Notes: a model not told the origin generated them from the letters alone. DNA of 64,000 nucleotides from Opitutia bacterium (GCA_050506795.1 JBJHCF010000001.1:96001-160000); one strand, 5' to 3'; shown: positions 37,483 to 47,522, counted from the first letter of the stretch. Numbers and translations are program-made.

Positions 37483-37842
37483 CTAAATTGGCCGGATGTA
37501 AACGAAGACCACCGCCAACAAACCGAGTGCCAGCGTGATCCACCACAAGGGCGTCGCGGCGGAGGGTTTACGATTGATGGCGACAATCAATCCTCCCAGG
37601 ACCAGCCAGATTACGATTTTGGCGATAATCCAGGGGTGAAAGGTGTTGTCGTAGAGTCGTGCCAGCAGACCGAAACCCGCCACCAGCATGAGCAGCAGAC
37701 CGACTCCGCTGGTAATGGAGCCCAGACGACGCACCTTTTTGTCGTCGCTTCCGGCCATACTGCGTCCGAGAAGGGCGCCGTAACCCATAAAAAGCATTAT
37801 CACCCCGAGAAGGTGCAGCACAGAATAGAACTGAGGAGACAT
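37483..37842 (-). CDS. Small four-TM membrane protein (SirB2-like)
   Basis: YSVLHLLG, GVGLLLMLVAGFGLL, WIIAKIVIW and C-terminal RPI. Confidence 0.7.
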   Translation of the reverse strand: MSPQFYSVLHLLGVIMLFMGYGALLGRSMAGSDDKKVRRLGSITSGVGLLLMLVAGFGLLARLYDNTFHPWIIAKIVIWLVLGGLIVAINRKPSAATPLWWITLALGLLAVVFVYIRPI

Positions 37843-37988
37843 AGGGCGGACTTTATGAACAGGTATTCCGATGGTGCAACAGGTTTTGTCTTCTGAATAC
37901 GCAGAATCCGGCCACTGGAAACGGAACGGCTTCTCAAAGACGATAGATATTTCGGAACCTTTTGGCGGATCCTGTGTCTTGGCGCCAG

Positions 37989-38660
37989 ATGAATCCTGGT
38001 ATTCTTTTCCTCGGGCGGATGTATGGCTGCGCCGCTTTGGCGCTTTTTTTTTCGGTGACCGCGGTCGCCGAAACCTCAAACGTCGAGGTCAAGCCGGCGC
38101 CCCAACCGGATGAACCGCAGATTGTTTACCGGTTGACGGATGATGCCGACCGCTGGGACCCGGAGATCCGTAAAAGGATCGTTGAGTCGATGGATTACGC
38201 GGTGGGTCTCTACAACGAACTGGGGGTTTTTCAGAAGAAAATCACGGTGCGTTACAATCCGGCGACCCCCACGGCCGACGGGAATTTCAACGGACACATC
38301 AACTTCGGCGGGCAGATGAGTCCGCGGACCGCGTTACACGAGATCGCTCACACTCTCGGGGTCGGCACCCACCGTCGGTGGCGGCAGTTGACCGAGGACG
38401 GTCGCTGGACCGGAGAGCACGCACTGGCCCTTCTGCGGGAGTTCGACGGCCCTGATGCGGTACTGAATGCCGATCGGCACCATTTCTGGCCTTACGGGTT
38501 GAATTACGAACACGAATCCAGTGAGGAAAACGACCGTCGTCACGTGCTGATCGTTGAAGCCCTGGTCCGCGACATGGGCCTCGGACCCGAGGTGCCGGTC
38601 ACCGCGACCCCCGAGTCGGCGACTCCCGCGGCGGCCGCGGGCGAGGATACGGATTCCTAG
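37989..38660 (+). CDS. Secreted zinc metallopeptidase-like protein
   Basis: Signal peptide, TADGN, LHEIAHTLGVG (HExxH) and HFWPYGLNY. Confidence 0.75.
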   Translation: MNPGILFLGRMYGCAALALFFSVTAVAETSNVEVKPAPQPDEPQIVYRLTDDADRWDPEIRKRIVESMDYAVGLYNELGVFQKKITVRYNPATPTADGNFNGHINFGGQMSPRTALHEIAHTLGVGTHRRWRQLTEDGRWTGEHALALLREFDGPDAVLNADRHHFWPYGLNYEHESSEENDRRHVLIVEALVRDMGLGPEVPVTATPESATPAAAAGEDTDS

Positions 38661-38713
38661 ATCGAGGATTTAGTCGGGTTCCCGGTTCTTTGGGTCCGGC
38701 TTCCCGATTGGAC

Positions 38714-40096
38714 CTATCCCAGACTGTCGACGTCCCAGCCTTCACGGGCGGGATTCTTAAGCAGGGCGTTGGCGGTCGGATTGTTGGGAATCCGCATATT
38801 CTCGGCGTCGAAAATCACACTTTCACCGGTGCGAATGGCGAGTGTTCCCAGGAGCACCATTTCATTAAGCGGAGCGGCGATTTCGAAGTTGGAGCACGGT
38901 TGGGAGCCGTCGCGGATACCGGCCAGCCAGTCCTCCACGATATTACCCCGTGCCCTGGGCAGCGTACGCCCGGGGCGCATTGAAGGGGTTTCACGAAACT
39001 CCTGCCAAAGGGCTTCGGGGTACAGACGGGGACTTCCCGGTCGCATGTTCGGGTGGGCGATAACGCCCTTCTCACCAATCATGATCAGGCCGCCGTCACC
39101 CCAATCCGACACCGGCGGAAAGTCGTATCCTTCGGGAAGTTCGGGTTGAGAGGGGCTTTCGTACCAGGTGATCTTCACCGGTGGCTTGCCGTTTCTTTCC
39201 GCGAAACGATAGGTTACGATCGAACCGTCCGGGGTGTAGAGCGGGTTGACCTCTTTCACTTCCACGTCGATCCGTTCCGGGTGGGGCAGGTCGAGAACCC
39301 ACACCGGCGTGTTCAGGGTGTGGCAACCGATATCGCCCAGCGCACCGGCGCCATATTCCCACCAGCCCCGCCAGAAGAAGGGATGGATGTCGTTGTTGTA
39401 GCCCAGATCCTGCGTCACCGGGCCCAGCCAAAGATCCCAGTCCAGGCCTTCCGGAACATCCTGGGCCGGGGGGTACTCGTGACGGGTTTCGCGGAACCCG
39501 ACCCCGCTGGTCGGACGGTCGGTCCAGGCGATAATCTCGCTTACGTCGCCGATCAGTCCGGCCTGGTACCACTCCTTGACGAGGCGGATGCCTTCGTAAC
39601 CTTGCCCCTGGTTTCCCATTTGGGTGATCAGACCCTTTTCGCGGGCCAGGTCGCGCAGGACGCGGCCTTCCCAAACCGAATGGGTCATGGGTTTTTGAAT
39701 GAAAACGTGTTTTCCCATTTTCATCGCCATATAGGCGACGGGGAAGTGAGCCCGATCGTGAGTGGAGACGCCGACCGCATCGATCTGATCACCCATTTCC
39801 TCAAGCATCTTTCGAAAGTCCTGATAGACCTTTGCTTCCGGCCAGCGCTCCGAGGACTGACGCAGGTTCCAACTGTTGAGGTCGACATCGCAGAGGGCCA
39901 CCACGTTGGTGTCGCTTGCCCCGCGCACATCTCCTCCACCCATGGAACCGACACCGACCCATGCGACATTGATCCGGTTATTGGCGCCGAGCACGTTAAT
40001 CGGCAGCAGGTAGGGGACCGTCGCCGCGGCGGCGAGGCGACCGATAAAGGAGCGACGACTGAGTGGGGCGGCGGATTGGCTGGAGGTTCTTTGCAT
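38714..40096 (-). CDS. Tat-exported Gfo/Idh/MocA family oxidoreductase
   Basis: SRRSFI, VGVGSMG, QKPMT, QMGNQG and GDIGCH. Confidence 0.9.
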   Translation of the reverse strand: MQRTSSQSAAPLSRRSFIGRLAAAATVPYLLPINVLGANNRINVAWVGVGSMGGGDVRGASDTNVVALCDVDLNSWNLRQSSERWPEAKVYQDFRKMLEEMGDQIDAVGVSTHDRAHFPVAYMAMKMGKHVFIQKPMTHSVWEGRVLRDLAREKGLITQMGNQGQGYEGIRLVKEWYQAGLIGDVSEIIAWTDRPTSGVGFRETRHEYPPAQDVPEGLDWDLWLGPVTQDLGYNNDIHPFFWRGWWEYGAGALGDIGCHTLNTPVWVLDLPHPERIDVEVKEVNPLYTPDGSIVTYRFAERNGKPPVKITWYESPSQPELPEGYDFPPVSDWGDGGLIMIGEKGVIAHPNMRPGSPRLYPEALWQEFRETPSMRPGRTLPRARGNIVEDWLAGIRDGSQPCSNFEIAAPLNEMVLLGTLAIRTGESVIFDAENMRIPNNPTANALLKNPAREGWDVDSLG

Positions 40097-40117
40097 AAGC
40101 TGATTCGAGTCAAAGAA

Positions 40118-40984
40118 TCAAGCCTCAGTCAAGCCGATACGCCGGATCTCGAACGGTTCGTCAAGCAACTCGCCGAAGGCCAGCCGGGGGCCGTTCCGGT
40201 CACCGGTCAATTCCTTGATTTCCGCCTCCGTCAGCAGCAGGGAAGCGGTGGAAAACGCATCGGCCATCGCGGCTGTGGCGGCGATAATCCACACCCGGCG
40301 AAACATCGTTTCCGGTTGTTCCTCTTCCGGGTGGAGAATATGGGCTCCTTGAAACCCGGTGCCCGAAGCGCTCAAAGCCTCTTCTCGCAAGGAGATTTTT
40401 TCCTGATGCGTTTCGCCCTGAAGCACGGCGGGCCATTCCCGTGGCCCCATGCACAGAAGCGTGCTTCCGGCGCAGCCCACCAGTGCGGATTCGATCCCCG
40501 CTTCGCGAAGAACCCCAGCCAAGTGGTCCAGGGCGTATCCCTTGCCGATTCCCCCCAGGTCGATCTGGCGTCCGGGTTCGATGCATCGCGCGAGCGGTCG
40601 GTCGGGCGCCAGTTCAATGCGTCCGGCGAGCGGCGGAAGATCCCCCTCCTGTCCCTGCTTGCGGTGTTCGATGCGAGCGCCGAGGGTCACATCGAAAAGA
40701 CCTCCGGTCACCCCGTAGGCGAGGGCTGCCAGCTTCAGGCATTCGTAGGTCGCTTCCTCAATAAAAAGCTGTTCTCCGGCCCGAAGGGAATTGATGCGTG
40801 AAATGTCGCTTCCTTCGCGGTAGCGGCTGAGTACGGACTCCAACCGCTCCAGTTCACGAAAGCAGGCCCCTGCTGTTCTCAGGGCGTGGGCGCGGTCCGG
40901 GTGTTCGATCCGCAGGGAAAAGATGGTGTTCATTGCCTGCTGGTCGAAGCGGTGCAGGTTGGGAATTTCGCTTAGTCCAATCAT
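40118..40984 (-). CDS. apbE: FAD:protein FMN transferase (ApbE family)
   Basis: AMNT, SDISRIN, GLFDVT, DLGGIGKGYALD, HILHP and ADAFSTA. ATGA overlap with the upstream gene. Confidence 0.85.
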   Translation of the reverse strand: MIGLSEIPNLHRFDQQAMNTIFSLRIEHPDRAHALRTAGACFRELERLESVLSRYREGSDISRINSLRAGEQLFIEEATYECLKLAALAYGVTGGLFDVTLGARIEHRKQGQEGDLPPLAGRIELAPDRPLARCIEPGRQIDLGGIGKGYALDHLAGVLREAGIESALVGCAGSTLLCMGPREWPAVLQGETHQEKISLREEALSASGTGFQGAHILHPEEEQPETMFRRVWIIAATAAMADAFSTASLLLTEAEIKELTGDRNGPRLAFGELLDEPFEIRRIGLTEA

Positions 40985-42522
40985 GAATCCTCCTCCGGTT
41001 CCGCCAGGTAGGCATCCCACAGGTCGTTGCGCAGGTACAGGAAAACGGGGGTTTGGGCGCGCAACCCCCGTGGAAATCCGGTGTGGGTGTCCTCCAGTTG
41101 AATTTCGGCGGCGGCGAGTTGATTGGGCAGGACCAGGAGCACCGGGAAGTCCGTCCCGTTCTCTGGTATCTCCGCCCAGTACCCGTGGGCGGGCAGTGAC
41201 CGCAGGTACCAGGGCAATGGCCAGTAATGGGCGCCGATAATGCCGATCGGGCCGGTCCTAATCTCAGGAAACTCCTCCGCCAGTTCGAGCAGCCATCGCT
41301 CCATCCGATCGACATCCGTGGCGGTTGGCACATAGGCATATGGGTTTCGGGCATCCGAGGCGAAGCGACCGGTGGCGCGGTCGGTTTGTTTGTGTTGCCA
41401 GACCAGCAATGCCGCCAAAACCAGACCGACGGCAACCAGCCGCGGAACCCACCCTTTCCGCCGTTCCGGGTTTAGTGTTAAGACGGCGCCCGCTGCCAGG
41501 CAGAGGTGCAGCCAGGCGGTCAGAATCAGCCAGGGCGTCTTGTAGGAGATGAACGAATACACGAGCCATTGGAGTACGACGGCGTAGACGAGAAAACGGA
41601 TCCATTCCCCTTTCGGTCTCCTGAAGCTAAGGAAAAATGCCCCGGCGCCGGCCAGGAGGATGCCGGCCTCCGTCCACCAAACCCCGCCCTGAAACTTCGG
41701 CCAAAGCATGAGCCACGCATAATAGCCGAAGGGTTTATCATGGCCCGCCACGGTTTCATAAACCAGAAAGGTGCGAAAAAAATCGACAATGCCGGAAGGA
41801 TTCGAGCCAAGGTTGGTGTAAAACACGGCGACCGTCAGCGCCATTATCCCGACCGCTAAAAGCAGATTGCCCAGGTGGTCTTCGAATAGTCTCCGAATGT
41901 TCTCCCAACTCTGCCAGGGTTTTCGCTCCGCCCACACCGCGATTGCGGCGACACCCCAGGCGAAGAATACGATAACGAATGTTTCCCGGGGGGCCATGAG
42001 AAGGCCGGCGGTCAGGCCAATCCACACGGCGCGACGACGGCCCGGTTTCTCCATGTAGTGGAAAAGTGCGAGCAGGGTGCCGAGGGCCAGCAGGCCGAAG
42101 AGAGTCTCATGGATGAACATCCGGCTGTAGTAAACCAGCAGCGGGGAGGTCGCGATCAGAGCGGCCGCGGCCAGCGCACCGAGGCGGCTGATCCAGGGCA
42201 TGAAGCCCGTTGCGAGCAGGACCGTGAGGGCGCCGCACAGGGCCGGACCGAAGCGCAGGGTGCCGGCGCTGAGTTCCGTCCAGGTGGTTTCCCCCCTGAT
42301 CCGAGCGATGGGGGAGGCCAGGGCGGTCAGGAGCGGCCCGTGAAAATGGTGGGGATCGAAACGGTAGTCCCCCGCCTCCAGCCGGTCGGCCAGAATGCGG
42401 GCCCCGGTGGCTTCGTCCGCGTGGAGCGGTCGATCCCCGAGCGCTTCGAAACGAAGAAAAAGCCCGGCCCCGAACAGGACAAGAACCGCCAGGTAAATCC
42501 ATATATCTCTTTCGGCTTTCAT
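40981..42522 (-). CDS. GT-C membrane glycosyltransferase (TIGR03663/Agl23-like)
   Basis: RPLHADEA, YRFDP..HGP, YYSRMFIHE, YKTPW, NPYAY and WPLPWYLR. Confidence 0.8.
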   Translation of the reverse strand: MKAERDIWIYLAVLVLFGAGLFLRFEALGDRPLHADEATGARILADRLEAGDYRFDPHHFHGPLLTALASPIARIRGETTWTELSAGTLRFGPALCGALTVLLATGFMPWISRLGALAAAALIATSPLLVYYSRMFIHETLFGLLALGTLLALFHYMEKPGRRRAVWIGLTAGLLMAPRETFVIVFFAWGVAAIAVWAERKPWQSWENIRRLFEDHLGNLLLAVGIMALTVAVFYTNLGSNPSGIVDFFRTFLVYETVAGHDKPFGYYAWLMLWPKFQGGVWWTEAGILLAGAGAFFLSFRRPKGEWIRFLVYAVVLQWLVYSFISYKTPWLILTAWLHLCLAAGAVLTLNPERRKGWVPRLVAVGLVLAALLVWQHKQTDRATGRFASDARNPYAYVPTATDVDRMERWLLELAEEFPEIRTGPIGIIGAHYWPLPWYLRSLPAHGYWAEIPENGTDFPVLLVLPNQLAAAEIQLEDTHTGFPRGLRAQTPVFLYLRNDLWDAYLAEPEEDS

Positions 42523-42548
42523 GTACAAAAGAGCCACGCTATAAAACA

Positions 42549-43310
42549 ATGGTGGAGTCGGCAAATCACAATATTGTTCTCGTCACCCCGGTATACCATG
42601 ATGCTGATCGGTTATCGGTGTTTGGTCCGAAACTGGCCCGCGCTTTGGCCGACTCGCCGTTGGAGATCCGGTGGGTGGTGGCCGATGATGGTTCAGGTGA
42701 GGCCGAAGAGGCCCGGGTCAAGGCGCTGGTCGAGGTGTTGCGCGAGATTCACGACGATACCGTGTTTCATACCGCCGGACAACACCTGGGCAAGGGAGGC
42801 ACCATTCGTGCCGCCTGGGCCAGGTATCCGGAGGCGCATTGGCTTGCCTTTATCGACGCCGACGGAAGTGTGGGCGCGGATGCCATGCTGGGTCTGATCG
42901 AAGAGGCGCTCGGCAAAGGTCCCGGACATGCGGTGGTGGGGTCGCGTTCCGCCGGCGGCGAAAATACCGTGGAGCAGGGATTTCTGCGCAAGATCACGCA
43001 TCTTACCTTCGCTCGGCTGGCGCGCGGAATTCTCGCCTTGCCGGTACTGGATCCCCAATGCGGCGCCAAAGTGGTCGATGGACAGGCGTATCATTCGGTG
43101 GCACCGCGCTTGTCGGAAAATGGGTTTGCTTTCGATCCGGAGTTGTTGGTGGCCCTTCACAGGAACGGCGTGAATTTTATCGAGGTCCCCGTGGACTGGA
43201 AAGAGGTGGGCGGCGGATCGGTGCGGCCGTTCAAGGTCGCCTTACCCATGCTGGCCGCGCTGCTGCGTATCCGGGCGCGCCGGGGTGCCGGAAAGTACGA
43301 CAATCCCTGA
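42549..43310 (+). CDS. GT2 polyprenyl/dolichyl-phosphate glycosyltransferase
   Basis: DDGS, GKGG, DADGS, GSR, DPQCGAK and FAFDPELL. Confidence 0.85.
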   Translation: MVESANHNIVLVTPVYHDADRLSVFGPKLARALADSPLEIRWVVADDGSGEAEEARVKALVEVLREIHDDTVFHTAGQHLGKGGTIRAAWARYPEAHWLAFIDADGSVGADAMLGLIEEALGKGPGHAVVGSRSAGGENTVEQGFLRKITHLTFARLARGILALPVLDPQCGAKVVDGQAYHSVAPRLSENGFAFDPELLVALHRNGVNFIEVPVDWKEVGGGSVRPFKVALPMLAALLRIRARRGAGKYDNP

Positions 43311-43372
43311 GCTTTCCGAAGGTTGCCTCCGCTTTGGTCGGACCCCTTTCGAGCGGGCCGTGAAGCTGGAAT

Positions 43373-43409
43373 AAAAAAGAGGGGACGCCGGCCGAAACCG
43401 CGTCCCCTC
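43373..43409 (-). terminator. Rho-independent terminator
   Basis: Stem GAGGGGACGC/GCGTCCCCTC with A6 on the plus strand, i.e. a U-tract on the minus strand. Confidence 0.8.
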
Positions 43410-43440
43410 ACAGGAGAAATAAATTCGATTAACCGGCGGT

Positions 43441-44175
43441 TCAGGAGGCGGGGAGACCGTACACCTGAACTTCGATGTAGTGATTCATTTCGTTCGCGGT
43501 GTTGCCGTTGCTGTGCAGGCGAACAAAGCGACCGCGCACGCCGTCGACGCGGATCGGTTTGCCAAAGCGGCTTTCCAGGTAGGGACGTTCACGGCCGCGG
43601 CCGAAACCGAGCGCGTTTTCGTAGTCGTTGTTGAATACCGTGGTCACGCCGCTTTCGAAGTTTTCGTCATTGGAGATTTGCACCACCACCGAGCGGTAGG
43701 CGCGTTCCTGACGGTGATAATGCCACACCCAGATGCCGAAGATCTCAGCTTCCTCCTCCAGATCGATCTGCACCCATTGAGGTCCGGGCATAAGCTCGAC
43801 ATAATAACCTTCCCCCGCGCGTTTGTTGCCGTCGGTAATGTAGGACAGGTCTCCGATAATGGGAAAGTCGTCACTGGAAGTGACCGGTTTGCCCGCGGCG
43901 AGGTTCGTGGCGCCCTCCGGCAGATTAAGGGCCGGGGGTTCAGAGGGAACGGGAACCACGTTGGCCAATCCGCCCTCCTCGGGAGTACCCTCGATCTGTT
44001 CAGGAGGGAACTCCGGTTGGAAGCGAGCGAATCCAGCCGCTGGTGTTGCCGTGCCGTCCCCGGCAGCGCCTTCCGGGCTTTCGCCGCAGGCGGAAAGCAT
44101 CAGCAGGCCGGCGGCGGCGGTAAAGCCGGCGAGGACGTTGAGTGTAATTGAGTGCATGCGTTTTTCAGCTTTCAT
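43441..44175 (-). CDS. Lipoprotein with discoidin (F5/8 type C)-like domain
   Basis: Lipobox LSAC, NLAAGKPVTSS, WVQIDL, GRFVRL and EVQVYG. Confidence 0.8.
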   Translation of the reverse strand: MKAEKRMHSITLNVLAGFTAAAGLLMLSACGESPEGAAGDGTATPAAGFARFQPEFPPEQIEGTPEEGGLANVVPVPSEPPALNLPEGATNLAAGKPVTSSDDFPIIGDLSYITDGNKRAGEGYYVELMPGPQWVQIDLEEEAEIFGIWVWHYHRQERAYRSVVVQISNDENFESGVTTVFNNDYENALGFGRGRERPYLESRFGKPIRVDGVRGRFVRLHSNGNTANEMNHYIEVQVYGLPAS

Positions 44176-45544
44176 ATGAGTCTGAACCTTCCACGGACAA
44201 ATGCCGGTGGGTCAATTGGATTCGTTCATTGTTGTCGGCGGACGGATTAACCCAGAAGACGGGCGCTTCGGATTCGAATGCCGTACGGGCGTCGCAATTC
44301 AATTGCGCGTGCCCCCGAATGGCGTCGAAAAAGTTTTCCAGGTGCGGTTGGTGAACCGGTTTGTTCAGGATGCCGGGGAGGTCGTATTTCTCCAGGGGAG
44401 GACTTTCGTAGGATGCGACCACGTCTCCGGTGTCCTGGGGCGCTTGCGCCGCGGCCATGCGGAGAATGTTGCGTCGCACCAATCTCGCCCAACTGGGGGC
44501 ATCGGATTCGCGGTAGATACTGGTGAAGGCCCGTTGCTCCGAGATCTGGACGGTTCCTTCGGTACCCATGAATGCTTCATAGTAACCCCCGCCCGCGCTG
44601 GTGCCGGTCAGCACCTGGTAAAACGCCCGCACGGGCCCGTGCTGCGGCGTGTCGTATTCGAAGATGCACATGACGTTGTCAAAATGCTCCCGATCCCGGA
44701 AATGATTGCGTCCACCCGATGCGAAAACGGTTTTGGGAGTGTCCCCAAGGAACCAGTTGTAAATGTCGATCTGATGTGCGCCCAAGTCGGATATCGGACC
44801 TCCGGAGAGGTCGCGGTACCAGCGCCAGTTCGCGAACTGGTGGGCGTTGGCGAAGCCATACTTTTGCAGGGTGGCCTGATCCGGTATGATGTTGGGGTTT
44901 ACATCGATGTCCTGGGACGCCGTCACCGAGCGGTTCCACTGGCCGTTGATGTTCTGGATGTCGCCGCAGAGGTTGTTGTCTCGAATCAGTTTTTCCAGCG
45001 TGAAGCGGTAGCGAGGGTTGGAACGGCGCTGGTGATTGATCTGGCACAGCTTTCCGGAACGTTCCGCCGCCACCACCATGGAACGGGCGTCCTCGATGGT
45101 GTGTGCCATCATTTTTTCGCAGAAGACATGGTTGCCCGCCTCCAGAGCCCATCTGGTGTGCGGGGCGTGCCAGAAATCGGGCGTTGCCACGATCACCGCG
45201 TCGAGATCAGTTTCGCTGGCCAACATTTCCTCCGCGTCGTCGTAGCGGTTGGGAAGATAGCCGAAGTCTGCTCTGACGCGCCCCAATGCGCCCCGCAACC
45301 GGTATTCCATGATGTCGCACGCCGCCTGGTAGTGGATGCCGGGGATATTGCGCATGGCGTTGTAAAGCACCCGTTGCTGCGCTCCGCAGCCGATGAAGGC
45401 CACCTTGATTTCGTCCGACGGCGCGTTCCGGGCCGTCGAACTGAGGATGGATGGGGCGCCGAAAACCAGGCCGGCGCCAGCGAGGGCCCCGCTTTTTAGA
45501 AATCGGCGGCGAGTGATGGGATTGGATTTGGATTCGGGCTCCAT
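44165..45544 (-). CDS. Tat-exported Gfo/Idh/MocA family oxidoreductase
   Basis: TRRRFLK, IGCGAQ, ATPDFWH, CEKMMA, NWRWY and DLGAHQID. Confidence 0.9.
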   Translation of the reverse strand: MEPESKSNPITRRRFLKSGALAGAGLVFGAPSILSSTARNAPSDEIKVAFIGCGAQQRVLYNAMRNIPGIHYQAACDIMEYRLRGALGRVRADFGYLPNRYDDAEEMLASETDLDAVIVATPDFWHAPHTRWALEAGNHVFCEKMMAHTIEDARSMVVAAERSGKLCQINHQRRSNPRYRFTLEKLIRDNNLCGDIQNINGQWNRSVTASQDIDVNPNIIPDQATLQKYGFANAHQFANWRWYRDLSGGPISDLGAHQIDIYNWFLGDTPKTVFASGGRNHFRDREHFDNVMCIFEYDTPQHGPVRAFYQVLTGTSAGGGYYEAFMGTEGTVQISEQRAFTSIYRESDAPSWARLVRRNILRMAAAQAPQDTGDVVASYESPPLEKYDLPGILNKPVHQPHLENFFDAIRGHAQLNCDARTAFESEAPVFWVNPSADNNERIQLTHRHLSVEGSDSYES

Positions 45545-45583
45545 GTCTGACCTGGGTTGGAAAAAGTGGGTTGGTTCCAAGGC

Positions 45584-46129
45584 TCAAAAACGTTTCATAA
45601 TACTGAACCGATTGTGCTGAATATGCAAGAGAGCCGCGGTGATTAATAGAATGTGGATGCCCAGCCAGGCGACCCCGGCGTCCTGGTTCAGGAGGATCAA
45701 TCCGAAGGTGAGGCTGGTGTAAACCAGACCCATCGCAAAAAGGGAGCAGCGGATGGCGACGCCCAGGAGTACGGTGAGTCCCAGAATAATGAGCAGCGGC
45801 GCGAGGAGCTTGTCATACAGCGCGAGGGCGAAATTCGGGATAAGCGGCTCGTCCAGGAAACGATCGTACATCGCCGGGGGCACACCGTGCATGTTGCCGA
45901 GGCTGTAAAACTTTTCCGCGTCGGTGTCCACCAACCCGAATTCGTTGGGAGCGCCGTCGACATCGACCAGTCGATCACTGACTTCGTAACCGGCGAATTT
46001 TTCAATCCCCGACTGCAGGGCCCGAAATCCGAGCCAGATGCGCAGCAGGAGAATGCTCAGCGCCGCACCAAAGCGGTCGGTGAGTCCGTTATTGTCAGGG
46101 GATTGGGAGTGTGAGTCCGTGTGTGTCAT
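45584..46129 (-). CDS. DoxX/DoxD family membrane protein
   Basis: LLRIWLG..SGIEKF followed by three more TM helices. Confidence 0.75.
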   Translation of the reverse strand: MTHTDSHSQSPDNNGLTDRFGAALSILLLRIWLGFRALQSGIEKFAGYEVSDRLVDVDGAPNEFGLVDTDAEKFYSLGNMHGVPPAMYDRFLDEPLIPNFALALYDKLLAPLLIILGLTVLLGVAIRCSLFAMGLVYTSLTFGLILLNQDAGVAWLGIHILLITAALLHIQHNRFSIMKRF

Positions 46130-46221
46130 AGGTGAAAAGTATATATGTTTATGCTAAAGGCGAGTCGGCAGAAGGCTCCAGATAAAAAACGATAACTTTC
46201 ATTATTTGCTCCGTGGGGGAA

Positions 46222-47346
46222 TTAAGCCTCGGCGGCGGCGTAAATCCGGTCCATGACCCGCACGTCGCGGGCGGCTTCTTCAACCGAAACCAAGGGAACG
46301 TCCCGACCCTTAAGGGCGTACAAAAAGAGGAGGAAAGGATGTTCCAGAGGATCCGGGAAGTCCGACCAGTACCGTTCCTGGGTTGTTCCGGTGATGGCCG
46401 GACAATTGAGAAAGAGGCGTCCGCGGTTCATGTAGGCGTGACCCTCGGTTCCGGAAATCTCGATTCGGTTGACATCGTTGCGGTCGACGTATCCTGCGCC
46501 GAGGATCGCCACCAAGCCGGATTCGAAGCGCAGCATCGCTTCCCCGTACTCGTCGATGCCGCCGAATTCTCCGGTGGCGTTGCCCACCTCGGCGGAGACG
46601 TTCCTCAGGGAATCTCCTTCGGTCATCCAGAGGACCAGGTTGAGGCAATGAATGCCGAGATCGCCAAGCGCTCCCCGCCCGACCTGCTCCAGGTCCGCCA
46701 TCCAGGCGTGGTCTCCCTCCCACATGCCGGATAGCGATCCGCCGTGGGCGTATTGGACACGCAACCGGGTCAACCTTCCGAACTGGCCCTGGCGCAACGC
46801 GTCGCGCAGGAAGTTCAACTGGGCCATGCTGCGCATGAAATAACCGGTCTGGAAAAGGACGCCCGCCTCACTGACCGCGGCCGCGATGCGATCGGCTCCC
46901 GCGCCGCGAATGTCGAGCGGCTTTTCCACAAAGAGGTGCTTGCCGGCTTCCGCCGCGGCGACGGCGTAGGCTTCGTGTTTGACGTTCTCCGAGGTAATCA
47001 CCACCGCACCGATGTCGGGGCGGGCTAAAAGCTCCTCCGGCGATCCGGCTCGGGTTCCTCCGGTGAGCTCTTCAGCCTCACGGGCGAGGCGCGGGTTGTC
47101 GTCGTAGACCGCCCTGACCGCGATGCCCGCCTCTTCGTTGAGAAACCGGGCGTAGCGCTCGAAATGAACGTGCGCGGCTCCCAGGATTCCGACGCCGACG
47201 GTTGTCGCGGGAGCATTGGAAGCGAACAGGGTCTTTGGCAGGGTCAATCCCGCCGCCAGCAATCCGGCGCCGCTCTTAAGCATTTGCCGTCGCGTAAGGC
47301 CCGGGCGTCCAGTTTGTGTCGTGCGGATTGATGGATCGATTGACAT
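46222..47346 (-). CDS. Tat-exported Gfo/Idh/MocA family oxidoreductase
   Basis: TRRQMLK, GILGAAHVH, FVEKP and GDLGIH. Confidence 0.9.
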   Translation of the reverse strand: MSIDPSIRTTQTGRPGLTRRQMLKSGAGLLAAGLTLPKTLFASNAPATTVGVGILGAAHVHFERYARFLNEEAGIAVRAVYDDNPRLAREAEELTGGTRAGSPEELLARPDIGAVVITSENVKHEAYAVAAAEAGKHLFVEKPLDIRGAGADRIAAAVSEAGVLFQTGYFMRSMAQLNFLRDALRQGQFGRLTRLRVQYAHGGSLSGMWEGDHAWMADLEQVGRGALGDLGIHCLNLVLWMTEGDSLRNVSAEVGNATGEFGGIDEYGEAMLRFESGLVAILGAGYVDRNDVNRIEISGTEGHAYMNRGRLFLNCPAITGTTQERYWSDFPDPLEHPFLLFLYALKGRDVPLVSVEEAARDVRVMDRIYAAAEA

Positions 47347-47522
47347 GTGGTGTGGCACAGGAAATCACTGCCGGAGAATCGAAAACGTGGATTTCCGGGA
47401 CGGATAAGACTTTCGGGAAACAACGTTACGGGTATTCCCGATCCGCGGGCAAGGAAATTGGCCGTTGGTGACGGACGATTTTTCAGTCAATTCAGGAAAT
47501 CTGATACGCGCTATCACCGGAG

